Assembly (NCBI GenBank): GCA_017541665.1
Contig: JAFXYP010000036.1
Location: 8,686-72,685 of the forward strand
Direction: 5' to 3'
Length of the DNA: 64,000 nucleotides
DNA from: Lentisphaeria bacterium
GTDB lineage: Bacteria > Verrucomicrobiota > Lentisphaeria > Victivallales > UBA1829
A program made the translations under genes and the position numbers. Shown here in pieces: positions 51,155-60,132 of this stretch. The notes under the pieces are model-generated. The model made no database searches and was not told where the DNA came from. It saw nothing but the letters and a program-made list of their open reading frames with translations. Numbering within the stretch: position 1 is the first letter of the stretch; each line of letters starts with the position of its first letter.

Positions 51155-52141
51155 TCACGCGCAGGTGATCTTTTCGGGGCGGCGGGTGATCATGCCGGTG
51201 AAGAACGCCGCAAGGCCGTTCAGAATCCCGGCGGCGGCTTTCCGCCCGGCGCAGCCCATCGCCTCGGTCGCGAACGACTCGGCATCGGCGAAATGCAGCA
51301 GAAGCTTCAGCGGCGTCGCGGCATCGGCCCCGTGGCGGGCGCATGCGCCGTCGGCCGCGATGCAGAGTTCGTCCACGCAGGCCGCCACAGGCGCCAGAAG
51401 CGGCGCGAACGCCAGTTCCGTGACGGGCGTTTCCAGCTCCGATCCGCGCAGAAGCGGGAAGAAGCGCAGCTCCACGCGGAGCGCGGGGAACACGCGCAGG
51501 TCGACCGGCTGGACCTTCACCGCGCGGCACTGCGGGGCCAGCAGGCGCGCGGACTCCGCCGAAATCCGGCAGGTGAACTCCTCCGGCGGCAGGATGAATC
51601 CCTTGTCGTTCCAGCCCGGTTCCGGCAGGGAAAGGTTCACCGAGCCGACCGCGTCGAGCGAATCCAGGAAATGCTTCGCGAGCTCCAGCACGAGTTCGGT
51701 CGAGGAAACGTCCGCGCCGATGGCACGCAGCGTGTTGGACACCTTCCGCGCGACGGCGGCGAGGCGTTCCCCGCTCAGCTGAAGGCGTTCGTTCAGCAGT
51801 GCGGCGATCCGGGCGTCCTGGAACCGGTCCGATTCGTCGTCGATGCGCTTCGTGCGCCCGTAGGCCGCGGCGGCTTCGTCCAGGCCGACCGACTGGAGGA
51901 TGTTCGCGATCATGGCGTCGACCGCGGAGGCTTTCACATACAGAGGGCCGGATTTCGGTTTCCCGGCGCGGCGCAGGGCGTACTCCACGGCGCTGACGGC
52001 GTCGCGGGCGAGCGCATCGGATTCCGCGCCTTTTCCGGGCAGGACGGACCGGATGCGGACAGCGAGGTCGTCCGCGTCGAACGGCACGGCGCATCCGTGC
52101 GAATCCTGAAGGAAAATCGCCTGTGCGGAAAGTTCGATCAT
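51155..52141 (-). CDS. Hypothetical protein with degenerate ATP-cone-like N-terminus
   Basis: 328 aa. aa ~8-95 parallel the NrdD ATP-cone of this window: LQDSHGCAVPFDADDLAVRIRSVL vs VQKRNGKVIDFDIQKISNAIKLAF, and VKASAVDAMIANILQSVGLDEAAAAYGR vs VEDIQDCVESVLVQAGYADVAKAYILYR. The remainder is unrecognised. Confidence 0.6.
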   Translation of the reverse strand: MIELSAQAIFLQDSHGCAVPFDADDLAVRIRSVLPGKGAESDALARDAVSAVEYALRRAGKPKSGPLYVKASAVDAMIANILQSVGLDEAAAAYGRTKRIDDESDRFQDARIAALLNERLQLSGERLAAVARKVSNTLRAIGADVSSTELVLELAKHFLDSLDAVGSVNLSLPEPGWNDKGFILPPEEFTCRISAESARLLAPQCRAVKVQPVDLRVFPALRVELRFFPLLRGSELETPVTELAFAPLLAPVAACVDELCIAADGACARHGADAATPLKLLLHFADAESFATEAMGCAGRKAAAGILNGLAAFFTGMITRRPEKITCA

Positions 52142-52183
52142 GGTCGGGAATCCTGGTTATCCTCGGGTCAAAGGTTCAAAAGT

Positions 52184-53989
52184 TCAAAACAGTTCGGGGC
52201 GGTTTTCGATCAGGTAACGGTAGCGGTCCAGCACGCGGTCCTTGGTGACGAATCCGAGGCACACGCCGTCGCGCACCACGGGCACCGCCGTTTCGTGGTG
52301 CTTCTCGAAGATGGCGATCGCGCGTCCGAGCGTGTCGCCCGGCTTCAGCACGGCTTCCGGCGGCCGCATGATGTCGAAGACCAGCGCGACGTCGTAGAGA
52401 GAGGTCTCCAGCAGGTAGTGCCGGAGGTTGTCCAGCGTCACGACGCCCGCGAGATGGCCATCCTGGTCGAGCACGGGGAAGATGTTCTGTGTCGTCTTCA
52501 TGACCGAAGCCAGCACGCTCCGCATGGAGTCGGTCTCCGCCAGCGGCAGATAGTCCTTCTCGATCAGGCTGTCCGGAATCGCCTGCGTGAGCGCGTGGGC
52601 ATCGCGCGTGCCGTCCGGGTCGCCGCCGCGGAACCGGATCATCGTCTTGTAGACGTTGTGCGCGCAGAGCTTGCGGCAGACGAACGTGGAGAGCGCGGAG
52701 ACGATCATCAGCGGGATGAAGAGCTTGTAGCCGCCCGTGAGCTCGGCGATCAGGAAGATGCCGGTCAGCGGCGCGTGCATCACGCCCGCCAGCACGCCGC
52801 CCATCCCGATGGCGAGGAAGTTCATTTCGCTGATGTGTCCGCCCCAGACCAGCCCGGCCATATGGACCAGTTTCGCGATGGAGTAGCCCAGGAACGCACC
52901 GATGAACATCGACGGGGCGAAGATGCCGCCGTCCGCGCCGCTCTCCAGGCTCGAGATTGAGACCATCGCCTTCAGGAACACCAGCAGGAACGTCAGCAGC
53001 AGGAACACCCGCGGATGCGAGAAGGCCGCCGCGACCGGACTGCCCTCGTACAGGGCCTCCGGACGGGCGATCAGACAGCTGATGAACGGGTAGCCGTCGC
53101 CGCGCAGGGCGGGGAAAAGCAGGATCGCCAGATACAGGACCGCGCACCCGATCAGCCCCCTCGCCCACGGATTCTTCACGTTTCCGTACCGTTTTGAGAT
53201 CCGCGTGTACATCTTGATGACGAACACGGACACGAGGCCGGCGGCGGCCCCGAGGATCACATAGTACGGCACCGCGCGGAGATTCCACGGCAGCAGGTCG
53301 AAATTATAGGGGTGCGGCGGATAGATGTGCTGGGACACGATCAGCGCCGTCGCGGACGACAGGATCAGCGGGATGATCGCCGGGATCGCGCTCGCGGTCT
53401 TCGGCAGCAGGATCTCCATGGCAAAGAATGCGCCCGCGACGGGGGTGTTGAACATGGCGGAAATGCCCGCAGCGCCGCCGCAAGCCAGCAGCAGGATGCG
53501 GTTTTCGTGGTTCAGCAGCAGGCTGCGGGCGACGTTGCTGCCGATGGCCGCGCCGGTCTGTGCCACGGGAGCCTCGAGTCCGGCGGACACGCCGAACCCG
53601 ACGCTGACGCCGCTGGTGATGATGTGGGAGAAGGTCTTGTGAAGCGGGATCGCGCCCGTGCGGTTCTTCACGCTCATGATGACTCCCGCCAGGCCGCGTT
53701 CGTATTTGCCGCGCATGATGACCTGCGCCACGAAAATGCAGAAGAAGACGCCGATCGCGGGCGTCGCGGGGAGCACCCAGACCGCCCAGGAAGCATCCGC
53801 GGGGATGAGCTCCACCAGCGACTGCACCAGATGCACCACCGCTTTCATCAGCGCGCCCGCCACGCCGGACAGCAGTCCGACCAGCACGCTCAACAGGATG
53901 ATGTAGTTCTGCTCGCCGAGCGTCTTCTGGAACGGGTTGGCGAGACGGAGGAATCGGCCGTGGAGCCAGGAAAGGAACGAAAAATGCAT
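52184..53989 (-). CDS. ClC-family chloride channel/H+-Cl- antiporter with C-terminal CBS pair
   Basis: 601 aa. ClC selectivity motifs GVSAGLEAPV and GGIFAPSMFIGA, GVMHAPLTG. C-terminal tandem CBS-like domains (..FPVLDQDGHLAGVVT.. and ..AVPVVRDGVCLGFVT..). Confidence 0.9.
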   Translation of the reverse strand: MHFSFLSWLHGRFLRLANPFQKTLGEQNYIILLSVLVGLLSGVAGALMKAVVHLVQSLVELIPADASWAVWVLPATPAIGVFFCIFVAQVIMRGKYERGLAGVIMSVKNRTGAIPLHKTFSHIITSGVSVGFGVSAGLEAPVAQTGAAIGSNVARSLLLNHENRILLLACGGAAGISAMFNTPVAGAFFAMEILLPKTASAIPAIIPLILSSATALIVSQHIYPPHPYNFDLLPWNLRAVPYYVILGAAAGLVSVFVIKMYTRISKRYGNVKNPWARGLIGCAVLYLAILLFPALRGDGYPFISCLIARPEALYEGSPVAAAFSHPRVFLLLTFLLVFLKAMVSISSLESGADGGIFAPSMFIGAFLGYSIAKLVHMAGLVWGGHISEMNFLAIGMGGVLAGVMHAPLTGIFLIAELTGGYKLFIPLMIVSALSTFVCRKLCAHNVYKTMIRFRGGDPDGTRDAHALTQAIPDSLIEKDYLPLAETDSMRSVLASVMKTTQNIFPVLDQDGHLAGVVTLDNLRHYLLETSLYDVALVFDIMRPPEAVLKPGDTLGRAIAIFEKHHETAVPVVRDGVCLGFVTKDRVLDRYRYLIENRPELF

Positions 53990-54007
53990 GTCGGGCGGTC
54001 TTTCTGC

Positions 54008-54496
54008 TCAGCTGATCTTCCCGCCGCGGGACGCCTTGCCGCCGTGGCTGTGCCCCATGCTGCGGATCTCATCGATGAATTCGTCGATGTCCTTGAAATC
54101 GCGGTAGACGGATGCGAAGCGCACATACGCGACCTTGTCGACCTGGCGCAGGGCCTCCATCGTGCGGTTGCCGACCTCGTTGGACGGCACTTCGCGTTCG
54201 TAGTCGGACTCCAGGCTGCTCGTCACCTGCGACACGATCATGTCGATCGCCTCCGGCTTCACATCGCGTTTCCAGCAGGCTTTCTCGATCCCCGCCCGGA
54301 TCTTGTTCGGATCGAAATCCTCCCGCGAATTGTCGCGTTTCACGACTTTCAGTTCCGCCTGGATGATCTCCTCGTGCGTGGTGAACCGGTGTCCGCAAGC
54401 CGTGCATTCGCGGCGGCGGCGCACGGCGGCGCCGTCTTTCGAAGCGCGGGAATCGATCACGCGGTCTTCCTGGCAACCGCAGCGGGGACAGCGCAT
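54008..54496 (-). CDS. nrdR: Transcriptional repressor NrdR (zinc ribbon + ATP-cone)
   Basis: 162 aa. MRCPRCG..CTACGHRFTTHE zinc ribbon followed by an ATP-cone (VVKRDNSREDFDPNKI..). Confidence 0.95.
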   Translation of the reverse strand: MRCPRCGCQEDRVIDSRASKDGAAVRRRRECTACGHRFTTHEEIIQAELKVVKRDNSREDFDPNKIRAGIEKACWKRDVKPEAIDMIVSQVTSSLESDYEREVPSNEVGNRTMEALRQVDKVAYVRFASVYRDFKDIDEFIDEIRSMGHSHGGKASRGGKIS

Positions 54497-54560
54497 AAGG
54501 GAACTCTCCTGAAAAAAATGATCCGGTCGGGAGGGGAGAAAAAGGGCGCAGAGCGGATTG

Positions 54561-55178
54561 TTACCGCATGCGCTGCTTCACATCGTTCTTCTTGAACTTG
54601 AGATAAGTGGCGTCGTCCTGGTTGATCTCGTACGGGGTGATGTTGAGCGAGATCCCGCGGAACGTCACTTCGGAGTCGGGGTCGACGATGAACATCAGGC
54701 GGACATAGCGCGCCTTGCAGTTCTCATTGGCGAGGAAGAAGAGGCGGAAGGAATAGTTTTTGAACGATTCATCGAACTCGTTCAGGTTGAACCCCTGGTG
54801 GCGTTCGCCGATGAGATTCTGTTCGGCGTCGCAGAAATCCACGCCGAGCGAGAACGATCCCCTGCCCTTCGCATCCGCGACGATGTCGAGGATCGAGTCG
54901 TCGTTGACGTCGTAGTATCCGCAGTAGTAGCAGAGCGCCGGCCTGTCGTTCGTCCGCATGGTAAAGAGGTTGGCGGACGGATCATGCTTGTCGCCGGCGG
55001 CGTTCAGTTCAAAATACTCGGGCTTCGAGAAGAAGCCGTCCTCGCGGTTGCGCCAGCCGTTCGGCATGAATGCGTCCTTTTCCGCATGGAAACGGCTCGT
55101 GTACAGCGGCGGATCGGGCAGATGGGAACAGGAGCAAAGGAGACAGAAAAGCATTGAAACAAGGAAAAGATGTTTCAT
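54561..55178 (-). CDS. Hypothetical lipoprotein (beta-sandwich/CBM-like?)
   Basis: 205 aa. Signal peptide with lipobox LLCSC. No family recognised. Confidence 0.6.
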   Translation of the reverse strand: MKHLFLVSMLFCLLCSCSHLPDPPLYTSRFHAEKDAFMPNGWRNREDGFFSKPEYFELNAAGDKHDPSANLFTMRTNDRPALCYYCGYYDVNDDSILDIVADAKGRGSFSLGVDFCDAEQNLIGERHQGFNLNEFDESFKNYSFRLFFLANENCKARYVRLMFIVDPDSEVTFRGISLNITPYEINQDDATYLKFKKNDVKQRMR

Positions 55179-55406
55179 TTCAGGAAAACCTTTCGGAATA
55201 TTTGGTTCGTATCATTAATAAAAAACACTGCAGAAAAATTTAATCCTGAAACCGGTAAAATGCAAGCGGATTTTGAAAAAAAGTTCTCCCGGACTTGAAA
55301 AAAAGCTTTTCCGGCTTATCTTATTAGAGACACAAAACAGCAAAAAGAGGTGTCCGGCAGCCGCTCTTCGCGTCCGGCGGATGCCCGCACCATCAGAAAG
55401 AGCCCC

Positions 55407-56123
55407 ATGCCCGACACCATAAAACTCTCGATCGTGATCCCCGTCTACAACGAGGAGCATTACATCGATGCCATCCTCGAACGCGTCCTCGCCGTCCGCT
55501 TCCAGCCCGGTGTCGAGCTGGAACACATCGTCGTGGACGACCATTCCACGGACAGGACTTGGGAACGCCTCCAGCCCTGGGCGGAACGCGGGTTCAAACT
55601 GAAGCGGCACGAAGTCAACGGCGGCAAGGGAGCCGCGCTCCACACCGGATTCGCCATGGCCACCGGCGACGTCATCACGGTCCAGGACGCCGATTTCGAG
55701 TACAGCCCGGAGGAACTCCCGTCCGTGCTCCAGCCCATCCTCGACGGCAAAGCGGACGTCGTCTTCGGCGCACGCACGTCCATCCTGCGGACCGGCACGC
55801 ACCAGGTCATGCTTTACTGGCATTCCAAGATCAACGAATTCCTCACGCGGTACTGCAACATGTTCTCCAACCTCGCGCTTTCCGACATGGAGTGCTGCTA
55901 CAAGATGGTCCGCACCGAATTCCTGCGGAAGATCGTCCTCCGGGAAAAGCGCTTCGGATTCGAACCCGAATTCACCCTCAAGATCGCGCGTCTCCATCCC
56001 CGCGTCTGGCAGGTGCCGGTCTCCTACGCCCCCCGAAGCTACGAGGAAGGTAAGAAGATCAACTGGAAGGACGGCGTCTCCGCGCTCCGGTGCATCATCC
56101 AGTACGGCCTTTTCCGGCTCTGA
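55407..56123 (+). CDS. Family-2 glycosyltransferase (polyprenyl-phosphate sugar synthase-like)
   Basis: 238 aa from ATG 55407. LSIVIPVYNEE..VVDDHSTD..NGGKGAAL..VQDADFEY..FGFEPE blocks. Confidence 0.8.
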   Translation: MPDTIKLSIVIPVYNEEHYIDAILERVLAVRFQPGVELEHIVVDDHSTDRTWERLQPWAERGFKLKRHEVNGGKGAALHTGFAMATGDVITVQDADFEYSPEELPSVLQPILDGKADVVFGARTSILRTGTHQVMLYWHSKINEFLTRYCNMFSNLALSDMECCYKMVRTEFLRKIVLREKRFGFEPEFTLKIARLHPRVWQVPVSYAPRSYEEGKKINWKDGVSALRCIIQYGLFRL

Positions 56124-56165
56124 CGCCGCCCCTCAATCAAAAAGCAACAACAGGAGGACCCGCCC

Positions 56166-56489
56166 GTGATAATCGCAAACAGAAACATGACGCCCGGCAT
56201 GGTCGTCCTGCTGGTCATCCTCGCGATCCTCTTCGCCTTCATCGTGGTGCCGGTCCTGATCATCGGCGGGTTCTGCTGGCTCGTCTGCCAGGCCATAACG
56301 GGCAGTTCCCCCGCCGAGCTCTACCTCAGAAACAAGGCCCGCAGGCATACCCGCAACTACGAAGGCCCGTTCGAACGGGAGACTCCTCCGCAGGATGCGG
56401 ACGGCACATCCGCGGACGGGGACGACACGATCGAATGCGAAGTCATCAGCGCCCGCACGCTGGACGAAAACGGACGCGAGATCCATTAA
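56166..56489 (+). CDS. Small membrane protein, unknown function
   Basis: 107 aa. GTG start 8 nt after AGGAGG. One or two TM helices (MVVLLVILAILFAFIVVPVLIIGGFCWLV), then an acidic tail. Confidence 0.5.
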   Translation: MIIANRNMTPGMVVLLVILAILFAFIVVPVLIIGGFCWLVCQAITGSSPAELYLRNKARRHTRNYEGPFERETPPQDADGTSADGDDTIECEVISARTLDENGREIH

Positions 56490-56511
56490 TCCCAAACGGA
56501 GACAAGACTCC

Positions 56512-58080
56512 ATGAAAAAAACAATTCCACAGCATCTCCTCCTCTCCGCAGCAGCCATGCTCTGCACGGTCCTTTCCGCACAGTCTCCGATCTTGGATGC
56601 GGAGATCAGCCTTACCCCGACGGCCTCCAACGGTTCGCCGTTCAACGGCGGCGTCTTCGAAGGCTGGGGCACCTCGCTCTGCTGGTGGGCGAACCGCGTC
56701 GGCTACAGCGACAAGCTCACGGACGCGGCGGTGGACGCGTTCTTCGACCCGGACAAGGGGCTGGGACTGAACATCGTGCGCTACAACATCGGCGGCGGCG
56801 ACGATCCTTCCCACCGCCACATCACGCGATCCGATTCCAACATGCCGGGCTTCGCGCAGCCGGTTCCGAGCCCGGTCCCCGGCGCGATCGAGGTGGACGA
56901 CGACGGGATCGCCATCTACGACTACGACTGGGACCGCGACAGGAACCAGATGAACGTCCTGACGAAGATCCTCGCCCGCAACCCGGACACGCTCGTCGAG
57001 GCCTTTTCCAACGCCCCACCGTACTTCATGACGTGGAGCGGATGCTCCAGCGGAGGCCGCGGCGAGCACAAGGACAACAATCTGAGGCCGGAATACGTCG
57101 CCCCGTTCGCCGAATTCCTCGCCGACGTCGTGAAGCATTTCCGCGACGACCTCCACATCAGGCTGAACAGCATCGACCCCTTCAACGAGCCGTCGTCCGG
57201 CTTCTGGGGCGCATTCAGCAACAAGCAGGAAGGCTGCGACATCAAGGACAACAAGCTCAAAAGCGAGGTCATCCTTGCTCTCGACAAGGCGCTCCGCAGG
57301 CGCGGCGTCCGCGACGGCATCCTCATCGCGGTCGCCGATGAGACCTCCATGGACCTCTCCATCGACACCTACAGGGCACTGTCGCCCGATGCGAAAAAGG
57401 CCGTCGGCCGCATCAATACGCATTCCTACAGCGGCAGCCGCAGGACGGACCTGCGCAAACTCGCCGCGGGCGAAAACAAGCACCTCTGGATGAGCGAGGT
57501 CGACGGCAACAGCACCATCGGAGGCCAGGCTGCGGGAGACATGGGCGGCCCGCTCTGGCTCGCCAAACGCATCATCGAGGACATGAACGGCATGAGGCCG
57601 TCCGCCTGGGTGCTCTGGCAGGTCATCGACCGCCACCGCTCCGACTTCAACGCCGCCGAACGCGCGAACACGTCCCTCGCCGGGTCCTACTGGGGACTCG
57701 GCATCGCCGACCATTTCGAGGAGAAGCTCCTCCTCGGCAAACGTTACTACGCCTTCGGCCAGTTCTCCCGTTACATCCGTCCCGGCGACCGCATCATCGC
57801 CTCCTCCCCGTACACGCTCGCAGCATACAACAGCGAGTCCGGCAGGATCGCGATCGTCGCGGTCAACGACTCCGGCACGGAACGCCCCGTAAAGTTCGAT
57901 CTCAGGGCATTCGATCGGATCCCCGCGGATTCCGCGAAGGTCATCCGCACCAGCGGGCCGGTCAATTCGGGGGAAAACTGGAACGAAAACATCCCGGAGG
58001 TCCCGATCCGCCTCAAAACGCTGGCCGTCCGGCTCGCGCCGTTCTCCATTACCACGTTCGTCATCGGCAAACCCCGCTGA
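56512..58080 (+). CDS. Secreted glycoside hydrolase, family 30-like
   Basis: 522 aa from ATG 56512. Signal peptide MKKTIPQHLLLSAAAMLCTVLSAQ. FEGWGTSLCWWA, LNIVRYNIGGG, FNEPS and WMSE blocks resemble GH30 enzymes. The subfamily cannot be set by eye. Confidence 0.7.
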   Translation: MKKTIPQHLLLSAAAMLCTVLSAQSPILDAEISLTPTASNGSPFNGGVFEGWGTSLCWWANRVGYSDKLTDAAVDAFFDPDKGLGLNIVRYNIGGGDDPSHRHITRSDSNMPGFAQPVPSPVPGAIEVDDDGIAIYDYDWDRDRNQMNVLTKILARNPDTLVEAFSNAPPYFMTWSGCSSGGRGEHKDNNLRPEYVAPFAEFLADVVKHFRDDLHIRLNSIDPFNEPSSGFWGAFSNKQEGCDIKDNKLKSEVILALDKALRRRGVRDGILIAVADETSMDLSIDTYRALSPDAKKAVGRINTHSYSGSRRTDLRKLAAGENKHLWMSEVDGNSTIGGQAAGDMGGPLWLAKRIIEDMNGMRPSAWVLWQVIDRHRSDFNAAERANTSLAGSYWGLGIADHFEEKLLLGKRYYAFGQFSRYIRPGDRIIASSPYTLAAYNSESGRIAIVAVNDSGTERPVKFDLRAFDRIPADSAKVIRTSGPVNSGENWNENIPEVPIRLKTLAVRLAPFSITTFVIGKPR

Positions 58081-58220
58081 CAGATAACGTTCGTTCCCTG
58101 ACGTACGATTCCGCCTCCTCGCTTCCGCCCGCGGAATGCTGTCGTTTTGCGTGATCGCCCGCCCCTGCAAATATTATCGTATTCCTTCACGTTAAGTTTA
58201 CGTTAATATTACCATCCAAT

Positions 58221-58301
58221 TTGTTTTTTCGTTTTCCGCATATATAATATTTTCCGTCAACGCTTTTTTCTTTTGTCTCCCAACATGCGGAAAACGACAT
58301 G
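58221..58301 (+). promoter_or_regulatory. Promoter-like element bracketed by a perfect 13-bp inverted repeat, upstream of the sugar-acid operon
   Basis: TTGTTT (58221-58226), 16 nt, TATAAT (58243-58248). The arms TCGTTTTCCGCAT (58229-58241) and ATGCGGAAAACGA (58285-58297) are exact reverse complements. The right arm ends 1 nt before the ATG at 58299. Confidence 0.45.
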
Positions 58302-59303
58302 CCCACGACCACCTATCTGACCAGGGACGGACTCGAGATCACACCCGTCATTTTCGGGACCAGCTGCCTCGGCAACCTCTACCGCGCCCTGCCATACGAA
58401 ACGAAGCTGGAGCTCGCAAAAGCCTGGTTCCGCACCGCCGCGAAGCCCGCGATCGACTCCGCCGGGAAATATGGGGCGGGGCTCGCGCTCGAATCCGTCG
58501 GACGGGCGCTCCGCGACCTCGCCGTCCCGCCAGGCGGCATCACCATCAGCGTGAAGCTCGGCTGGCGCCGCAAACCGCTCACGGCGGCGGAGCCGACGTT
58601 CGAGCCGGGCGTCTGGGCCGGCCTCGAATACGACGCCGTGCAGGACATCTCCTACCGCGGCATCATGCGGTGCTACGACGAGGCGGCCGAATTCCTCGGC
58701 GGGGAGTATGCCATCGATCTCGTTTCCGTGCACGACCCCGACGAATTCCTCGCCGGAGGCGGCGCGGCCGAAGACATCCTCGGCGCATACCGTGCGCTTT
58801 TCGAACTCAAGAAGGCCGGGCGTGTCCGCGGCGTCGGCATCGGAGCGAAGGACTGGCACGTCATCCGCAGCCTCTACGGCAGCATCCGCTTCGACTGGGT
58901 CATGTTCGCATGCGCACCGACGATCCTCCGGCATCCGCGCGAACTCCGCGAATTCATGCACGAGCTCAAGGCCGACGGCGTCGGCATCATCGACTCCGCG
59001 CTCTTCAACGGCGGATTCCTCACCGGCGGCTCCATGCTCGACTACCGCAAGGCCGATCCGGTCCGGGACGCGGCGCTCTTCCAAAAACGCGCCGACTACC
59101 TCGCCGTCTGCAGGGACTACGCCGTCGATCCCGCCGCGGCCGCCGTCGAATTCGGATTCCGCCAGCCCGGCGTCACCGCCGTGTCGCTGAACACCTCCGA
59201 CCCGGCCCGCATCCCGGTCAACGCCTCCTACGCCCGGTACCGCGCTCCGGAAGAATTCTGGAGCGAACTCATCCGCAGAAAGGTCATCGACGATGAAAAT
59301 TGA
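58299..59303 (+). CDS. Aldo/keto reductase (candidate L-galactose/L-fucose-type aldose 1-dehydrogenase)
   Basis: 334 aa. AKR-fold pattern (IFGTSCLGNLY.., DSAGKYG, SVKLGW, VSVHDPDEF). Specific function inferred from operon context only. Confidence 0.7.
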   Translation: MPTTTYLTRDGLEITPVIFGTSCLGNLYRALPYETKLELAKAWFRTAAKPAIDSAGKYGAGLALESVGRALRDLAVPPGGITISVKLGWRRKPLTAAEPTFEPGVWAGLEYDAVQDISYRGIMRCYDEAAEFLGGEYAIDLVSVHDPDEFLAGGGAAEDILGAYRALFELKKAGRVRGVGIGAKDWHVIRSLYGSIRFDWVMFACAPTILRHPRELREFMHELKADGVGIIDSALFNGGFLTGGSMLDYRKADPVRDAALFQKRADYLAVCRDYAVDPAAAAVEFGFRQPGVTAVSLNTSDPARIPVNASYARYRAPEEFWSELIRRKVIDDEN

Positions 59304-60126
59304 CGCGCACCACCATTTCTGGCACTACAACACGCAGGACTACGGCTGGATCTCCGACGAGATGTCCGTGCTCCGCCGCGATTTCCTTCCCGCCGACCTG
59401 AAACCCGAGCTCGACCGCGCCGGGATCGACCGCGTGGTCTCCGTGCAGGCGCGCCAGTGCGTCGAGGAGACCGAATGGCTCCTGAAGCTCGCGGAGGAAA
59501 ACGACTTCATCGCGGGCGTCGTCGGCTGGCTGCCCATCGCCTCGCCCGATTTCCCCGCCCTGCTCGAACGTTTCGCCGCGAACCCGAAACTCCGCGCCGT
59601 CCGGCACGTGGTCCAGGACGAACCGGACGACCGCTTCATCCTCGGCGAGATGTTCAACCGCGGCATCGACCGCCTGCCCGCCGCGCATCTGGCGTACGAC
59701 ATCCTGATCTTCGAACGCCACCTGCCCTATGCGGTCGAGTTCGTGCGGAACCACTCCGAGGAGCAAATCTTCGTGCTCGACCACATCGCCAAGCCGAAGA
59801 TCGCCGCCGGCGAAATGCAGCCCTGGGCGGACAACCTCCGCAAGCTGGCGGCATTCCCGAACGTCTTCTGCAAGCTCTCCGGTCTCGTGACCGAGGCGGA
59901 CATCCATAACTGGACGCCCGGCCAGCTCCGCCCCTACGTTGAGACCGTGCTGGACGCCTTCGGGCCCGCCCGCGTCATGTACGGCTCCGACTGGCCGGTC
60001 TGCACCTGCGCCACCACCTATTCCGCCTGGCGCGGACTCGTCGGCGAATTCATCTCGCAGCTCAGCGAACCCGAACAAGCTCAAATCATGGGCGGGACCG
60101 CCCTGAAAGCATATTTTGGAGGTTGA
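59293..60126 (+). CDS. Amidohydrolase_2-family lactonase (candidate L-galactono/L-fucono-1,5-lactonase)
   Basis: 277 aa. MKIDAHHHFW metal-binding start, VSVQA, DHIAKP and YGSDWPV blocks are typical of the sugar-lactonase branch of amidohydrolases. Confidence 0.75.
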   Translation: MKIDAHHHFWHYNTQDYGWISDEMSVLRRDFLPADLKPELDRAGIDRVVSVQARQCVEETEWLLKLAEENDFIAGVVGWLPIASPDFPALLERFAANPKLRAVRHVVQDEPDDRFILGEMFNRGIDRLPAAHLAYDILIFERHLPYAVEFVRNHSEEQIFVLDHIAKPKIAAGEMQPWADNLRKLAAFPNVFCKLSGLVTEADIHNWTPGQLRPYVETVLDAFGPARVMYGSDWPVCTCATTYSAWRGLVGEFISQLSEPEQAQIMGGTALKAYFGG

Positions 60127-60132
60127 TTCATC

